Origin: Paraspadella gotoi
Taxonomy: Eukaryota; Animalia; Chaetognatha
Assembly: GCA_051294375.1 (NCBI GenBank)
Contig: CM119264.1
Location: forward strand, 9,050,764 to 9,114,763
DNA length: 64,000 nt
Direction of reading: 5' to 3'
Part shown: positions 1-13,431 of the stretch, one piece after another
Layout: every line of letters starts with the position of its first letter
Numbering within the stretch: the first letter of the stretch is position 1
Notes under the pieces: model-generated
What the model saw: the letters and a program-made list of their open reading frames with translations, nothing else
Databases searched by the model: none
What the model was told of the DNA's origin: nothing
Translations under genes and position numbers: made by a program

Positions 1-847
1 TTGACGAGTGCATCCAAAGGATTGATTGAGATCTTCCCGGAGCGGCCTGGTTCTCAGTTGGTGTCGGATTTGCCTCCAGGGAAGGAATATTGATTTTCCG
101 ATGATTAGAATGCATCAGGTGTAAAACGGAGAGCGAGGCAGGGCAGGAAGAGGAAGAGGAAGAGAAAGAGAGAAAGGAGTCAGTTGATTTTAGGGAAAGT
201 CAATACATTCTTTCGCTACAATAATTATGTTTTTATCTCGCCAGAAGTCGTTGTTCGTTGTCGGAAGCATCGTCGTCGTTGTCGTCACGCTTTTTTTCTT
301 TTTTATATAAAAACTACTATAGTTTATATAAAGGCGACTACGGCTTAAGATTTTTATTTTACATAAAAACTACTACGAATTATGATTGATTTTTATAAAA
401 ATATGCTTTCAAGTTAATATATAAGTTAAAAAATTTTGATATGGCTTCTCATCTCTGAAATTGTTATATTCATATGGATTCAAATATTTTTTGTTTGAAT
501 TTCCTTCTCATTATGATTTACTGCAATATGCAAATTTGGAATATAATACTATACTGCAATATATAAATTGTATATATTATACTCCATTCTAATTTTACAT
601 ATTAAGTAAATCATAATATTGAGATATTCATACAAAAAATATTTAGATCCATATAAAATATGACAATTTAAAAATCTTGATGATGAAAAGCTATATGTAA
701 ATTTTAATACAAATAAAAATATACACTTTACAACTTCTAACAATAAAAAATTGTAACAAATTCCAATTGTAAATAATTGTAAAAAATGCTTGTTTTTCTT
801 TATTTCTTTTTTTAGTGCATTGATCACAAAATATTTAAAAAAAAAAT

Positions 848-907
848 ATTGATGCGATGATAACCAAATGAATTGATGCGATGATAACCAAATATTGATG
901 CGATGAT
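848..907. repeat. Short tandem repeat, unit ATTGATGCGATGATAACCAAAT(GA), ~2.6 copies
   Basis: The unit is directly visible three times (third copy partial). Confidence 0.85.
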
Positions 908-925
908 TCGCCCGTCTGGCGAAGA

Positions 926-3871
926 TTAAAAATAAATTTTGTTATTCTGAATCCGTTTTAAACCTTCGCCGCCGTCGCCGACGCAGCAGCAAAGCGCCTT
1001 CTCCCGCGCCGCCCGACGCAGCCACACCGCCGCAGCCAGAGCCGACGCTGCTGTAGAGTTGGCAGCAGCGTTTGAAGAAGTAAGCGGCGTCGTACGCGCC
1101 GTAGGTTTTAAGAAGAAGGCCGCCAACGCCGGGAATTGCCAAGTAGCCGACGCCCTTGAAGAAGTTGAGAAATTCCGAGAAGCGACTCCAGATGGCGCCG
1201 CTCATCAAATCGATGAGGAGCGGCGCTCGGAGCACCAAAGAAATGCTGTAAGAGAAGAGATTGATGTCAGTTGGTCGGGTTGTTTAAGATTTAGGAATTT
1301 TATAGTGACTTTCTGTTATTACAAGCACCAAATTCTTGTACTATATTTTTTTTTTGGTAATTAGTTATTTGTTTAGTTCCCGTTCCAAACACAAGAACGA
1401 CACATTTTTCCATAAATTCTAATTCATTGATGCTCTCTCACAGCATAATATTGAATTCCCATATTAAAAAAATTTGAACAAGATAAACCGGCTGTTTTAA
1501 AATTTGTTTAAACCTGACAAATTTCCGTACCCCTAAAGAGGGACCATGAGCGACGGCAGGTAGATTGCAAATTGCCAGTAGGTGGCGAGGAAGGCCGGGC
1601 GATCAAATCCACAACGCCGAGAAGAAACAAATGAAGACGCCGATGAGACGCCTAGTGACGCTTAACGCCGAAAGTTTGAAATGAGGCCGACTAAGAGGAT
1701 ATAACCTGGAATTGCAAGAGGGAGAAAAAGAAATATAAATTGATCGAGATTAACCAATTTTATTTACTTTTCAATTCAATATTTATTTGCCTTAATAGTT
1801 TTAAGGGGCCCTCATTAATGGTGCAAGAAAAAGACGCTGTGAAAGTTATAAGCTATTAGAAGGTTGGAGTCTTAGCTACAAAAGAGAGATAGAAGGATTA
1901 AAGTAAAATGCATCACAATTGTATAATGTAAGGGGGAAGATTAGTTTATTTATTTTAATCTGTTAAAATTGTTATAAATTTTGCATCATGCAATTTATAT
2001 GTTTACTGTAAATGATTTTTAATTCTCTTTCTCGCGCTATTCACCCATCAAACCACTGCCCCCCACCTTTTCAATATTAAACTTTTTAAAAGCCGTCGTT
2101 AAATATTGCCAATCTTTTTGCTTGACCTTACCGACTGTATGCGAGCTTATCTTTTGACCCTCTAAACACGAGATTTTAGTGCTACCGGGAATTTGTGGGC
2201 CTAACTTTGAACACTTTATGGTCGGCCGTCCCCTCGAACGCTCGGATCACAACGGCACCCAACCCACCAAAGGCTCTCAACCCGAAACCTGCGTTCCGAA
2301 CGCGATAGAATTGAGTAGCGCCCGCTTGTATCTCCGTCACGACACGTTCTCTACGGCCAATGCCAGGCAGTAGATGGCAGACCAGTAGCCGCAGGGCACG
2401 GCAACTCATTTGGGTCAGGAGGTAAAGGAGAAAGACGGGGTCACGGAGGAGAAAAGGTTGAGGGCCTAAAACGGAGCAGTCGCTTGTAGGGTGGTAGGGG
2501 AGAAGGCTCCGCGGTTTGATTCCTTTACTGTCGGATTTCCTTGCAGTAGGTCGGGAACGTTAGAGTGTTAAGTATGTCGTTTTCCGACTGATGAGGAGTC
2601 GGAGACGGCTTCCGTGGTCGGTCGGTCGGTTTGGCCTTTTGTCGTCGACGAAATCTTCGAATCACCGAATAGTCGACGGAGCGATTGTCCGTTTTGACTG
2701 CGAAAGAAAATTTTGGGAAATAATGTTCTTTGGAAATTTGAATAGAAATAGAATAGAATAGATAATAAAATATCTCCATCAAATAAAATTATAAATTGGA
2801 AAAAATGATTAATCAAAGACTATTTGTGAAATTTTTTTAACAAACACCGTCAATATCAATTTTTAAAATCATTTTCCCCCATATCAACCTTTTCAAATCC
2901 CGCGTTGCCTCGACTCCCCCGTCGGGTAATTATGCTCGATAGGCCCTCGTCCACCGGCCACCACGAAAGTTACTCCCAAGAACCCGTCAATCCAAAGAGC
3001 ATCCCCCGTCGCTCTATATGGCCTCCGCCAACGCTCCAGCACCGGCGGCCCACGATGCCCGCCGATCCCGCCGCCGAAAGTAGACGATGCCAGTGGCCAT
3101 CTTCGTCAAACGGCGTTGAAAATACTGCGCTCACACGATGTTATGAAGCTGTAAAGGCGAAAGCCAGAGCCGATGCCGATAAGAAGGCCGAAAGTCAAGT
3201 AAAAACTGGCACCGTCGCCGCGTAGGCCGATCCGAGAGCAGCCGCCAACGAAAAGAGCGCCGCTACGAAGATGACGACGCGCGTGAGTGACGCCGCGGCG
3301 AATGACGGCGGCGGAGACGAAGGCCCAACATATCGTTGAGACACCCTGGGAAATATTATGATTGATATTAACATTTTTAATTGGCTAAAATTATATTAAA
3401 AGACAAAATGATTTTAATTAAGAATAGCATTCAATAATAATAACATTTAAGAAGTGATACAGAGAGTGGAGACAACATATACTTTTTTATTTTTCTAAAT
3501 TAAGTCATGATGAAACAATAGTTTAAAGTAAATGCATACTTTGTAAATTTGTCTAAGATTAAAATTTCATAATATCAAGACAAACTTGTTTCACATTTTT
3601 TAGCACAAAGTTTTAACGTAAAGTTACTTTGGTCACCAACATCAGAATGACAACAATATTTAGCTCACGATGGCGAGCGATGCCGACGCCGACGACGCGA
3701 TCGAATGGGCGTGGCCGGAAATTCCCGGTCGAGGACGAGGAAGAAATGATGCCGAACGCCTTCTCACAACGGCCGGAAGATGAGTTCCCAGAGGAAGCAG
3801 CCGAGAACGGCGAGCCAGCCGAGAGGCCGCCCTCCGCGGAAGGTAGCGTCGCGGATCACGAAGAATATCAT
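926..3871 (-). CDS. Monocarboxylate-transporter-like MFS protein (SLC16/MCT family), 5 exons (~3871-3669, 3345-2889, 2697-2289, 1705-1531, 1245-~930); many indels, probably sequencing noise
   Basis: Minus-strand exons with GT-AG boundaries read, with frameshifts: GG..GWLAVLGCFLWE (TM1); FYLTFGLLIGIGSG..AQYF..MATGI..GGIG..PP (TM4-5); LLRDPVFLLYLL (TM7); ATYWQFAIY..HG.FRG (TM10); APLLIDLM..FLNFFKGVGYLAIPGVGGLLLKTYGAYDAAYFF (TM11-12). All are typical MCT motifs in the correct order. Confidence 0.85.
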
Positions 3872-4013
3872 TTTTTTTTTAATTGTTTTTTTGTTTTTTA
3901 ATTTTAGATACTTTGTAAAACTTTTTTTTTCCGTCTTAAGTTATAGTAATTAGTGTTTAACTTTGAGACTCGCAAATTGTCTGTCACAGAAGTGAATTCA
4001 TATAAACAAAGCG

Positions 4014-4205
4014 TATGCAACAGCCGGGTTTGCCTGTGATCCCATTGGGATAGGGCATCTCACTTCCGACCCTCAGTGACGCCTCCAGTCACTGGCCGTT
4101 AACCCTAGACGGTCTCGCCTTTGCAACGCAGAAGGGAAGTTGTTTTAGGACTGTGGATCGGAACATTACGCCTGGGCATGGTGGTGTCCCCCTCTGAGCC
4201 AACGA
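4014..4205 (-). mobile_element. Putative tRNA-derived SINE-like element
   Basis: The minus strand has an A-box-like TGGCTCAGAGG (4191-4201) and a B-box-like GTTCCGATCC (4155-4164). Its 3' part (4014-4095) is similar to the insertion at 14357-14620. Confidence 0.4.
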
Positions 4206-4623
4206 ATATATAATACCGCCATGCGTCTTTTTTCTTTTTTCTGGCCATTTCAAACAGGGTCATTGGAAGTGGTATATAATTTTCGCCCTTTTTATTAATT
4301 TTCGTCGCTTTCTCTCCACTCTCTTTACTTCTCAACCACCGTTAAGAGATACTTTCTAAAAATCGCTGATTTTTAGAAAGAAATTTAACCGGTTGTTTTG
4401 TCCTGTCCCGTCACATTCGCTCTTGTTTCGCGCTTGAATATAATGAAAGTAAAGCGCCCTGTTTTTTTTATTCTGAAAAGATAAATTAATTCATAATGGA
4501 TATTTTTTTTTTAACAATAAAAAAAAAAATTTCGTCGATCTAAATTAAAATTTAGGTTTGATTTTCAATGTTTGTGTTATGCAAAACTTTTTGTTTCTTA
4601 CGGAAAAATATTCAACTTTAAAT

Positions 4624-4732
4624 AAGTAGAATATAAGTTTGAGTTTTATTTGCAACAACGATTTTATTAGTACGTCCTTATGTACTAATAAAATGCGTTG
4701 TTGGCAAATAACTCAAACTTAAATTTCTTACT
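4624..4732. repeat. ~110-bp foldback palindrome (MITE-like)
   Basis: Arms AAGTTTGAGTT..TTTGCAACAACGATTTTATTAGTAC and GTACTAATAAAATGCGTTGTTGGCAAATAACTCAAACTT flank an 8-nt loop. Confidence 0.8.
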
Positions 4733-5510
4733 AATCCAAACACAACGAAAAGAAGGAAAATTCGCTATAAACTTTAAATAAAAAACAGGGTTGTTAGTCA
4801 GCAATATTTGTCCTTAAATCTAAAAATTAAAAGATCAAAATTTTAAGCAGGTCGGGAAAAACCGTTTTTTTTATTGCTCAAACTTTCAAAAAAAACGATA
4901 TCAATCCGCCAAATAATTAATAACCGGTTTAATCAATCCACTTCGAACAAAAATTGGAAAGAAAGAACTATGGGAGGGGGAGAAGCAATCTCTATAAAAA
5001 TTTCTGCTTGTGGGGGCTGTTTTTAATAATACGTAGTAAGGGTTAATTACGAGATATTTAAACAAAAAAAGCCAAAAAAGAAATTAACAATTCTTGCGTA
5101 CTTCGATACATAACTAATAATATGCAATGAGAATAAAAATATTTTCAACAAAACGTTTGAAATATCAAGTATTTTATAGATCTTTTGATGTTTAACGATT
5201 TTAATTAATATCGATACAGCATTATTGCAATTCAAGTATCAAAATTTATTACTTATTTTGAGCTGCCTTTAATTTTTCTGACTCTATGAGAGCGACGACC
5301 GAGAATTCACGAAGTTTTAAAAATGTTTATTGATATTGAAATAATTGGCGACGATGTAATATAAAACAGTTCCAAGTTTAAAAAACGTTAAAAACACTTT
5401 AAAAACAACACCTTAAAAAGCAACTGCAACGTTCGACAACGTCGAGGCTTAACGAGGCAAACTGCCTCTCACTTTTCCTAAATTTCAAAGTTAAAAATAA
5501 CCCCCGATAT

Positions 5511-5780
5511 TTGCTTTCCTTCTTCATATTAATCGTTGTCGTCGTCGTCGCGACGTTTCCGTCCGCGAATCAGGAACTTGGGACTGCGATGTCGAAATCT
5601 TGCCGTCGAACGTTGAGCCGTCCTGCCCTACGGCGACGCTCCGCGTTGCGCACCGCGAACGCCAATAGCAACTTACATATACAAAGGATAAGGAAACGGG
5701 TAAATATAATGAAAATACAGCTCTATATGGGCTGTAGCACCAAATTGTTAAATGCCCCATCCCAATTAACAGTTTGGTAA
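5511..5780 (+). CDS. Possible small secreted protein, frameshifted; function unknown
   Basis: Hydrophobic LLSFFILIVVVVVATFPSA is followed, after a frameshift, by WDCDVEILPSNVEPSCPTATLRVA. It is a GC-richer island in AT-rich DNA, but no family is recognised and there is no clear ATG. Confidence 0.2.
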   Translation: MLSFFILIVVVVVATFPSANQELGTAMSKSCRRTLSRPALRRRSALRTANANSNLHIQRIRKRVNIMKIQLYMGCSTKLLNAPSQLTVW

Positions 5781-5894
5781 CCACAATGTCTGAAACCCCG
5801 GGCTTATGAATTAGAGGCTTATGAATTGGCTCTAACAAAAACGCATGAACGGTTAATTGATTAAGTTCCTCAGTCTCTTCGGAGGCGGGGTGTA

Positions 5895-6130
5895 AATCTC
5901 AAACAGCTGCCGACAATATTTAAGGAAAAACCCATGGATTTCTAGGGGGCGAAATCTGGATGAGATTTTTAATCTGCGAATAAAGGTGACGCGTGAGACA
6001 CGCGCAGGAGTCTTGATCATGCTGCCTGAAACTAAACAAGCGAGGTCCTATTCATAGGCGAGTGGGTAAAATTTAATAGGTCCAATGATTCTGCAAGCTG
6101 ATTGGGTCGATTCCGGTTCCATGCTTGACC
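5895..6130 (+). repeat. Dispersed repeat R1 (copy 1)
   Basis: GGATGAGATTTT..GAATAAAGGTGACG..GAGTCTTGATCA..GTGGGTAAAATTTA..TCCAATGATTCTGCAAGC..GTCGATTCCGGTT..CATGCTTGACC recurs in the same orientation at 63554-63745. Confidence 0.8.
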
Positions 6131-8372
6131 GAGGTTGGAATGCGTATCTGCTGCCTACAAGAAAAAAGTTATATATATGTAAATACTCGAATGTTAGGAA
6201 TGTTACACTAATTTTCCATGACCATCAATTTCGCCTTTTACTCACATAAGCATGGTAACTAAGTAATTTCAAACCTATTAAATATTTTAGGCCAAAACAT
6301 GTAAATAACCTTTTTTTCTAGCTGGCGAAATTTGGTAGCGGCGATTCAGTTTCCATATTTTTTTACAGTATAATTTGTAGCAGGCAATCGATGCCAAGCA
6401 AAACCAAATTGGTCTAAATCTCATCCAACAAGCTGAATTCAAGGCAGAGACCTTGTTTCTGGTTTTGTAGGCTCAATTTTTATCCAGGTTTAAATCCCAA
6501 GTCAGGTCTAGATTCAATTCCGAGTCCTGGTTTCGAAAAAGACGACGCGATATTCCTCGTCCTGCAAGGCGACGGAATTTTCGTTTCGAGACGAAAAGGC
6601 GAAGCGAAGATTCGTCGCTGGAGAATTTCGTGCCCCCTTCCGGCCCTTAGTGGCTTACCTTCTCTCCTAATCCCACTTTCATTTCTTCTTTTTTCATTTT
6701 CCTCTACATTTTATAACATTCTTTGCTTTGGCAATTCTATTTTTCTTTCTTTACTTCAATTTCTTCTTTTTTTAAATTTTTTTTAAATCTAATTTTTTTC
6801 ATAATCTTTTCTCTTTAAATTTGATATCATTTCTTTTTTTCCTTTCTCTACGCTTTTCCGTTCGCTCTCGTCTTTTTTTTCCCACTTCCTCTCTCTCTCT
6901 CTCTTCCTCTCTCTCTCTTCTCTCTCCTTCTCTTCTCTTCTTCTCTCTCATTGAATTTCCTTCTTCTTCTCGTTTTTAATTATTCTTTCTTTCGTTTTAT
7001 GTTCTCGTGTTTTTTATAACCTCTATTTTTCCATCCTTTTCTGTTTTCCCCTTTTATTTTTTTTTTTCCGTTTCTTTCTCTCCGTTTTTTACCGGGTTCG
7101 AAAAGCCTACCGTTAATTTACTCTCCTCTTCTTCGTCAGTTTTGAAATTATTAGTTAATTAGTCACTAAATGTGTATACAACTTTAATCTTTTTTTTTTT
7201 TTAACTTTTTTTTCGCGTCATTTTTTGCCCTCATTTTTCTTTTATGAAAGAGAACGGACTCGCGTTTTCCGTTTTTTTGTTTTCTCTCTCCTAATTTGGT
7301 CTCTAACCGCAAACTCGAGTGACCGGGACTAAACATTTTCAACCTCACTCGCTGAGGCTTACATAAATTCTTTAACCCAACCAAACCTGCTGCAGCTTCA
7401 CTTCCCGCACCTCTGTCCGCCCATCCCGAATCACGCCCCTTTACCACCTACAAAGCTCAAACCGCTTTTTCCCATCCCTGCTCTCCTCTTTGGGTCGCTC
7501 GCTCACAGAAATGGCTGTTCACTTTATCTCTCCCCTCATTTCCATTTCCTCTTCTACTCTTCGGCCGATAGCGTCTCTCCGTCACCTGCTCTCAATTTCA
7601 CTTCGCTGCCTTCACTGCCTTCGCTGCCTTCCTATTTCCTTCTCTTAGCGTCTCCGTGTTATCTGCTCTAGATTCGCTTCACTGCCGCCTTCTCTTCACG
7701 ACTGGGAACTCACCTCAACTCGTTTTTTAAAGCATATTACTTAATACTTATAGTTTAAAATTATTACTGGTAGAGATCTAGTGCTGTGTGTACTGTGTAC
7801 TGTGTACACTGCTCTCAAAATACTTTTCTTCTCTTATATTTTTTCTTAGTTCTTTGCCTTTGGCTAATTTTCTTATCTCAAAATTAATTTTTCTCTCTTG
7901 CTCCTTTTCTCTTCAATTCACCTTCATTAACTCCTTAATTGCCTTTCTTCCTTTTCTTTTTTTTTTCCTTTTAATAAGTCACTTCGGGGTTCATTTCCTA
8001 CTTGTTCCTTCTGTTTTCCTCCTAAAACTATTAACCTACAACACGCTAACCTAAAGTATTTTCCCCTCTTTCGTCTTAAATGCATGCAATTGCCAATAAG
8101 TTATTGTAAGAAGATTCAATAGAAGCACGCTAATGGCACGGCAGGAGTACAGAAACGATATAAAAAAATTCTCACCACCTATTATTTCCTGGATTTATCT
8201 TAATTTATTCTTCCAGTAAATAAACTTTCTTCATTCATTACTTACCTAAACTTGATTGTAATTCTCGCTTCGTTTTCCTCCTTTCATCCGAAGTCCACTC
8301 CCGCCAGTCTCACTCTTACTTACCCGCCGTTCCGGGTTCTTTTTTCGACTTAACCTACTTTTCTCTCTTTCA

Positions 8373-8403
<31 letters not shown>

Positions 8404-8729
8404 CTCTCAGCAGTGATGCTAATGCAGCGTCAAACACGGGCTCTAGTTTACAGCCCCTCCTTCGGCCCACGAGACCATGAATCGTCTTTGGCAACCTGCG
8501 TCAAAAAAACTGTTGCTCCCTGTGTCGCTTCACGACGGATTCTTTCTCAACCCCTTCCTGCTCTTCTATCGTCCTCCCTCCTTGACGCACTACGTACTTT
8601 TCTTACCCCCTCACCTCCCAGGTTTGGGCCCTCGTGCGTCGAGTCGGGCGACGCGTTTCCGGATGAGAGAGAAAAAAAGGGGCTAACGTTCTAGAAATTC
8701 TATCGCTCGCTAATCGTCGTCGTCGTCGT

Positions 8730-9363
8730 NNNNNNNNNNNNNNNNNNNNNNNNNNNNNNNNNNNNNNNNNNNNNNNNNNNNNNNNNNNNNNNNNNNNNNN
8801 NNNNNNNNNNNNNNNNNNNNNNNNNNNNNNNNNNNNNNNNNNNNNNNNNNNNNNNNNNNNNNNNNNNNNNNNNNNNNNNNNNNNNNNNNNNNNNNNNNNN
8901 NNNNNNNNNNNNNNNNNNNNNNNNNNNNNNNNNNNNNNNNNNNNNNNNNNNNNNNNNNNNNNNNNNNNNNNNNNNNNNNNNNNNNNNNNNNNNNNNNNNN
9001 NNNNNNNNNNNNNNNNNNNNNNNNNNNNNNNNNNNNNNNNNNNNNNNNNNNNNNNNNNNNNNNNNNNNNNNNNNNNNNNNNNNNNNNNNNNNNNNNNNNN
9101 NNNNNNNNNNNNNNNNNNNNNNNNNNNNNNNNNNNNNNNNNNNNNNNNNNNNNNNNNNNNNNNNNNNNNNNNNNNNNNNNNNNNNNNNNNNNNNNNNNNN
9201 NNNNNNNNNNNNNNNNNNNNNNNNNNNNNNNNNNNNNNNNNNNNNNNNNNNNNNNNNNNNNNNNNNNNNNNNNNNNNNNNNNNNNNNNNNNNNNNNNNNN
9301 NNNNNNNNNNNNNNNNNNNNNNNNNNNNNNNNNNNNNNNNNNNNNNNNNNNNNNNNNNNNNNN
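8730..9363. other. Assembly gap (N run); further gaps at 10152-10394 and several small ones
   Basis: Runs of n. Confidence 0.99.
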
Positions 9364-10394
9364 ACAAGAGAGAAGGATTTATTGGCAACATAATTAAATA
9401 AACATACGCGCGTTATATACGTGATCTCTTCCCACGAGTATTCGCTCAGAAGACCTCGAGGATTAATGTTTATCAAAGGCAAACGAAAGACGCGTGAACG
9501 AAATCGTCAGAATGATTGGGAAGTGTTGAGGGACCTCATGACCTAAAAAACAATGGGCAATTAGACATGCTGACCTGTATTAAATGAACCGCACGTAACT
9601 ATGAGTAATGACTTAAGTACTTACAAACAACCGAACGACCCGACTGTCTAGAGATGAAGAGTAGAAATGTTCATTTTATGTCGTTCAAACATTTGCCATG
9701 TGTCGGATGCGAACAAAAGTGTCTTTTTGATCGCGATGTCGTTCCGAGAATGCCTTGCAAGTCATTGACTTCGTCGTCGACGACGGAGGATGAGCGACGA
9801 CGAATACCATACCTGTTAACGGTGTTGACCTCCTTTGACGTTGGGACGATGCGCCGGACACTTTGACATAACGCCAGTCTTTATGACGTAGCGCCATCCG
9901 CCAAGATGTAATTCTTGACGCGGCGAAATAACATAACGTAAGAAAACAAAAAGAAACAAAAAAAAAAAAAACGAAAGAAAACATTGAATATCATTCGTCT
10001 TCGAATAACGCGTCCTCGATTCGCTTCCGCTCCGTCGCCCGAAGGCAGTTTGCGCCTCCATTAGCGAAGAAGCGGAAAAGTGCAAAAAGTGAGAAAAGCG
10101 CAATTTCCAATGCAAAGAGGAAATTTCTGACGCGACGCAATGTTTTTTTTTNNNNNNNNNNNNNNNNNNNNNNNNNNNNNNNNNNNNNNNNNNNNNNNNN
10201 NNNNNNNNNNNNNNNNNNNNNNNNNNNNNNNNNNNNNNNNNNNNNNNNNNNNNNNNNNNNNNNNNNNNNNNNNNNNNNNNNNNNNNNNNNNNNNNNNNNN
10301 NNNNNNNNNNNNNNNNNNNNNNNNNNNNNNNNNNNNNNNNNNNNNNNNNNNNNNNNNNNNNNNNNNNNNNNNNNNNNNNNNNNNNNNNNNNNNN

Positions 10395-10431
<37 letters not shown>

Positions 10432-10969
10432 CCGGAAAGAGGCGCTTTCCGATTGTGGTTGTTAAAAACGAGTCCTTTTGAAACTTTGTTTGGTCTATTT
10501 GATCTTTTATTTTAAAAATTAAACTTTAAAGTGAACCAATCGGGGATTTTCTTTAAATATGACGTTGCTGAGCGACGAAAAGAAAAAGAAATCCCGGAAA
10601 ATGGTCTCTCTATCCTTAGGAATTTTTTAATATATTATGAGAGAGAGACAAAAAAAGAAACGGAAGAGAGAATGAGAGAGAGACGAGAAGAGGGGAGAGA
10701 TGGAGAAGAGAGAGAGAAGAGGAGAGAGAGAGAGAGGAGAGGTAGAGAGAGGAGGAGAGACGGGCGAAAAAAAATCGATAACGATATGAAGAAATAGTGC
10801 CACAAAGAGCTTCGTAGATACTGACAACGACGGACGACGACGACGAAAATGAATCGGCATCGGAAAAGAATAAAAAATCATGAGGAAACCTCGAGGTCAC
10901 AGTTGACGACTAAAGACGATGACGAAGACTGCAATAACGACGACGATGACGAAGATGACGAAAAAGACG

Positions 10970-11021
10970 CCTAGAGAGTTCTCCAGCTTTGCAAAGCCGT
11001 CAGAGAGATGATGACGACGAC

Positions 11022-11059
<38 letters not shown>

Positions 11060-11314
11060 CGGACGAGATCTTTCGACATTTGATCGTTTTAAGAATTCGT
11101 CTTTGTGGTTTTCGTCACCCGTCCGGAGAGAAATGCGTGAGGTTCTAGCAATGCAATTTCATTAGTCACGACTTAAGTTAAACTAGGGAGCAATTAATCA
11201 ATAATTATGTCCTTTTATTATTACTTCACTTCAGTATTTATTATATTATTATATTATTATATTATATTATATTATTTATTTATTATTAATATTATTTATT
11301 ATTTAGTTATTTAG

Positions 11315-11381
<67 letters not shown>

Positions 11382-12299
11382 TGTATTATTTATTATTTAT
11401 TTAATTTATTTATTTTTTTTTATTCATTCATTCCTTTCTTTTTTTTGTTTTCTTTATTTCTTTCGTTATTTTTTTCTTTCTTTCTTTCTTTCTTTCTTTC
11501 GTTTCTCTCTTTTTTAAACTTTTTGGTTCACTAAATCTGCTTGATATAGATTCAAAGGTTTGTTTTTTTTCTATATACATCAACGTTTTCTCACAGCTTG
11601 CAAAATCAATTCGATGACAGTTTTTTCCCTCGCCATCACCCAGCGTTCACGACGGTGGATCAAGTTTCTGGGTTTTTCTGCCAACAAAAAAATAAAAAAA
11701 GCTAATACTTCAGCGAAAAGTGAGAGAGAGGGAGATAGAAANNNNNNNNNNNNNNNNNNNNNNNNNCCGCAAAGTAATCTCTCTCCTTCATCTTCGCTCT
11801 TTCTCTCTCTCCTCATCGTCTCTCTGCCCAATCTCTCTCATCTCTCATCTCTCTCTCATACTCATCTCATCTCTCTCTCTCTCTCTCTTCTCTTAATTCT
11901 GTTTCTATCTCCCTCTCTCTCACTTATTCGCTGAAGTATTAGCTTTTTTATTTATTTATGTTGGCAGAAAAAAACCCAGAAACTTGAATCCACACGTCGT
12001 GAACGCTGGGTGAATGGCGAGGGAAAAAACTGTCACTACGAATTGTTTTGCAAGCTGTGAAGAAAACGTATGATGTATAAGAAAAAAAACAAACCTTTGA
12101 ATCTATATCAAGCAGATTTAGTGAACCAAAAAGTTTAAAAAAGAGAGAAACGAAAGAAAGAAAGAAAGAAAAGAAAAGAAAAGAAAGAAGAAAGAAAGAA
12201 AGAAAGAAAAAAGAAAAGGAAAAGAAAGAAAGAAAGAAAGAAAGGAAGGAATGAATAAATAAAAAAAAATAAATTAAATAAAATAATAAATAATACATA

Positions 12300-12330
<31 letters not shown>

Positions 12331-12790
12331 AAATAAATAAATAAATAAATAAAATAAATACAGTAAAAAATACAAATAATAATCAATAAATTAAATAAAT
12401 AATATAAATTATAATATAATAATATAATAATATAATACAATACATGGAAGTAAAAGTAATAACAAAGGACATAAATTATTGCATTAATTGCTCTAGTTAT
12501 AACTTAAGTCGATGACTCAATGAAAATTGCCATTGCCTAGAACACTCACGCATTTCCTACTCTCGGACGGGTGACGAAAAACCACAAAACGAAATTCTTA
12601 AAACGATCAAATGTCAGATAGATCTCGTCGTCATCAATCAATCAATCATACATGCATCATCATCCAATACAACTCAAATCAGTCGTCGTCATCCAAATCT
12701 CTCTGACGCTTTGCAAGCTGAGAAACCTCTTGGCGTCTTTTCGTCATCTCGTCTCGTCCCGGGTGGGGAGTTATTGCACGTCTTCGTCAT
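10970..12790. repeat. ~1 kb inverted duplication centred on an N-gap and (AG/CT)n tract; probable read or assembly artefact
   Basis: 11767-12790 is a noisy reverse complement of the preceding segment. In the second copy of this locus the (AG)n tract (24650-24760) runs directly into GAGAAAGTTTTTTATCTGAAAAGCTG with no inversion. Confidence 0.8.
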
Positions 12791-13431
12791 CGTCGAGAAG
12801 TTTTTTATTGAAAAAGCTGAATAGGGCTTTTTTCGAAAAACAGTTGACCGCGACGCGCCTGAAAAGTTTTATTCTTTTTGGTTGACTTACCTTGATGTGA
12901 TGTTGTGAACTATTGTTATTATGTTACTAGGGTAAGTAAAAGCGGAGAATGGCTACTAAAGTTCTATTCATTCCAAATTATATTTAAACATGTTAAACAT
13001 TCAGACGATGCTGGATATACTAAATACAGAAAATCGGGGCTTCGTTGTACACTCCATAAACAGAGATTCCCAGTTTTTCATCATTTTCATTTACATATCA
13101 AACTTTTCTTTCTCTTTTTCGTCCTCTACTTTTACTCGTCCTCACACTAAACTCACCTTCTATCCCTTTTCACCATCTTCACCAGCCACCTCTCTCCCAT
13201 TCACATCCCCCTAAGGCTCTTCACGCTCCTAACTCCCTCTTATTTTAACTTTCCACTCACCTTTCTCACTTTTCACAATCCCTTTGCCCTCTTCACCGTT
13301 CACGTTCCCCTCGCCCTCACCTATCCCCTTTTTACTTCGCACTTTTCACAATCCCCTCACCCTCTTCACTGATCATCTCATCACTTCTCCCCTTTAAACT
13401 CTTCTAATTTCCCGCCCTCCTCTCCTCAGGC

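Noticed and set aside
2585-2655. CTGATGAG..GAAA hammerhead-like core
   Set aside because: No convincing stems II and III can be formed, and it is the antisense strand of an MCT coding exon.
926-3871. Calling the MCT gene (and the other frameshifted copies) pseudogenes
   Set aside because: Indels are as dense in non-coding duplicates, while motifs and splice sites are intact; sequencing error is more parsimonious.
4021-4200. 7SL/Alu-like words (GCCGGG..GCCTGTGATCCCA; GGGCATGGTGGTG)
   Set aside because: The matches are short and there is no SRP helix-8 motif nearby; better explained as a minus-strand SINE-like element.
9405-9542. Minus-strand frame with an in-frame TGA (VMRSLNTSQSF*RFRSRVFRLPLININPRG..) between AG and GT, as a possible selenoprotein exon
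   Set aside because: No resemblance to a known Sec context, no SECIS identified, and the neighbouring sequence is gapped.
8603-10481. ORFs of 113-262 aa in the track
   Set aside because: They consist almost entirely of N-gap.
10970-12790. Large palindrome as a foldback transposon or biological inverted repeat
   Set aside because: The second copy of the locus lacks the inversion, the centre is an N-gap, and the inverted arm is noisy, which fits a chimeric or hairpin read.
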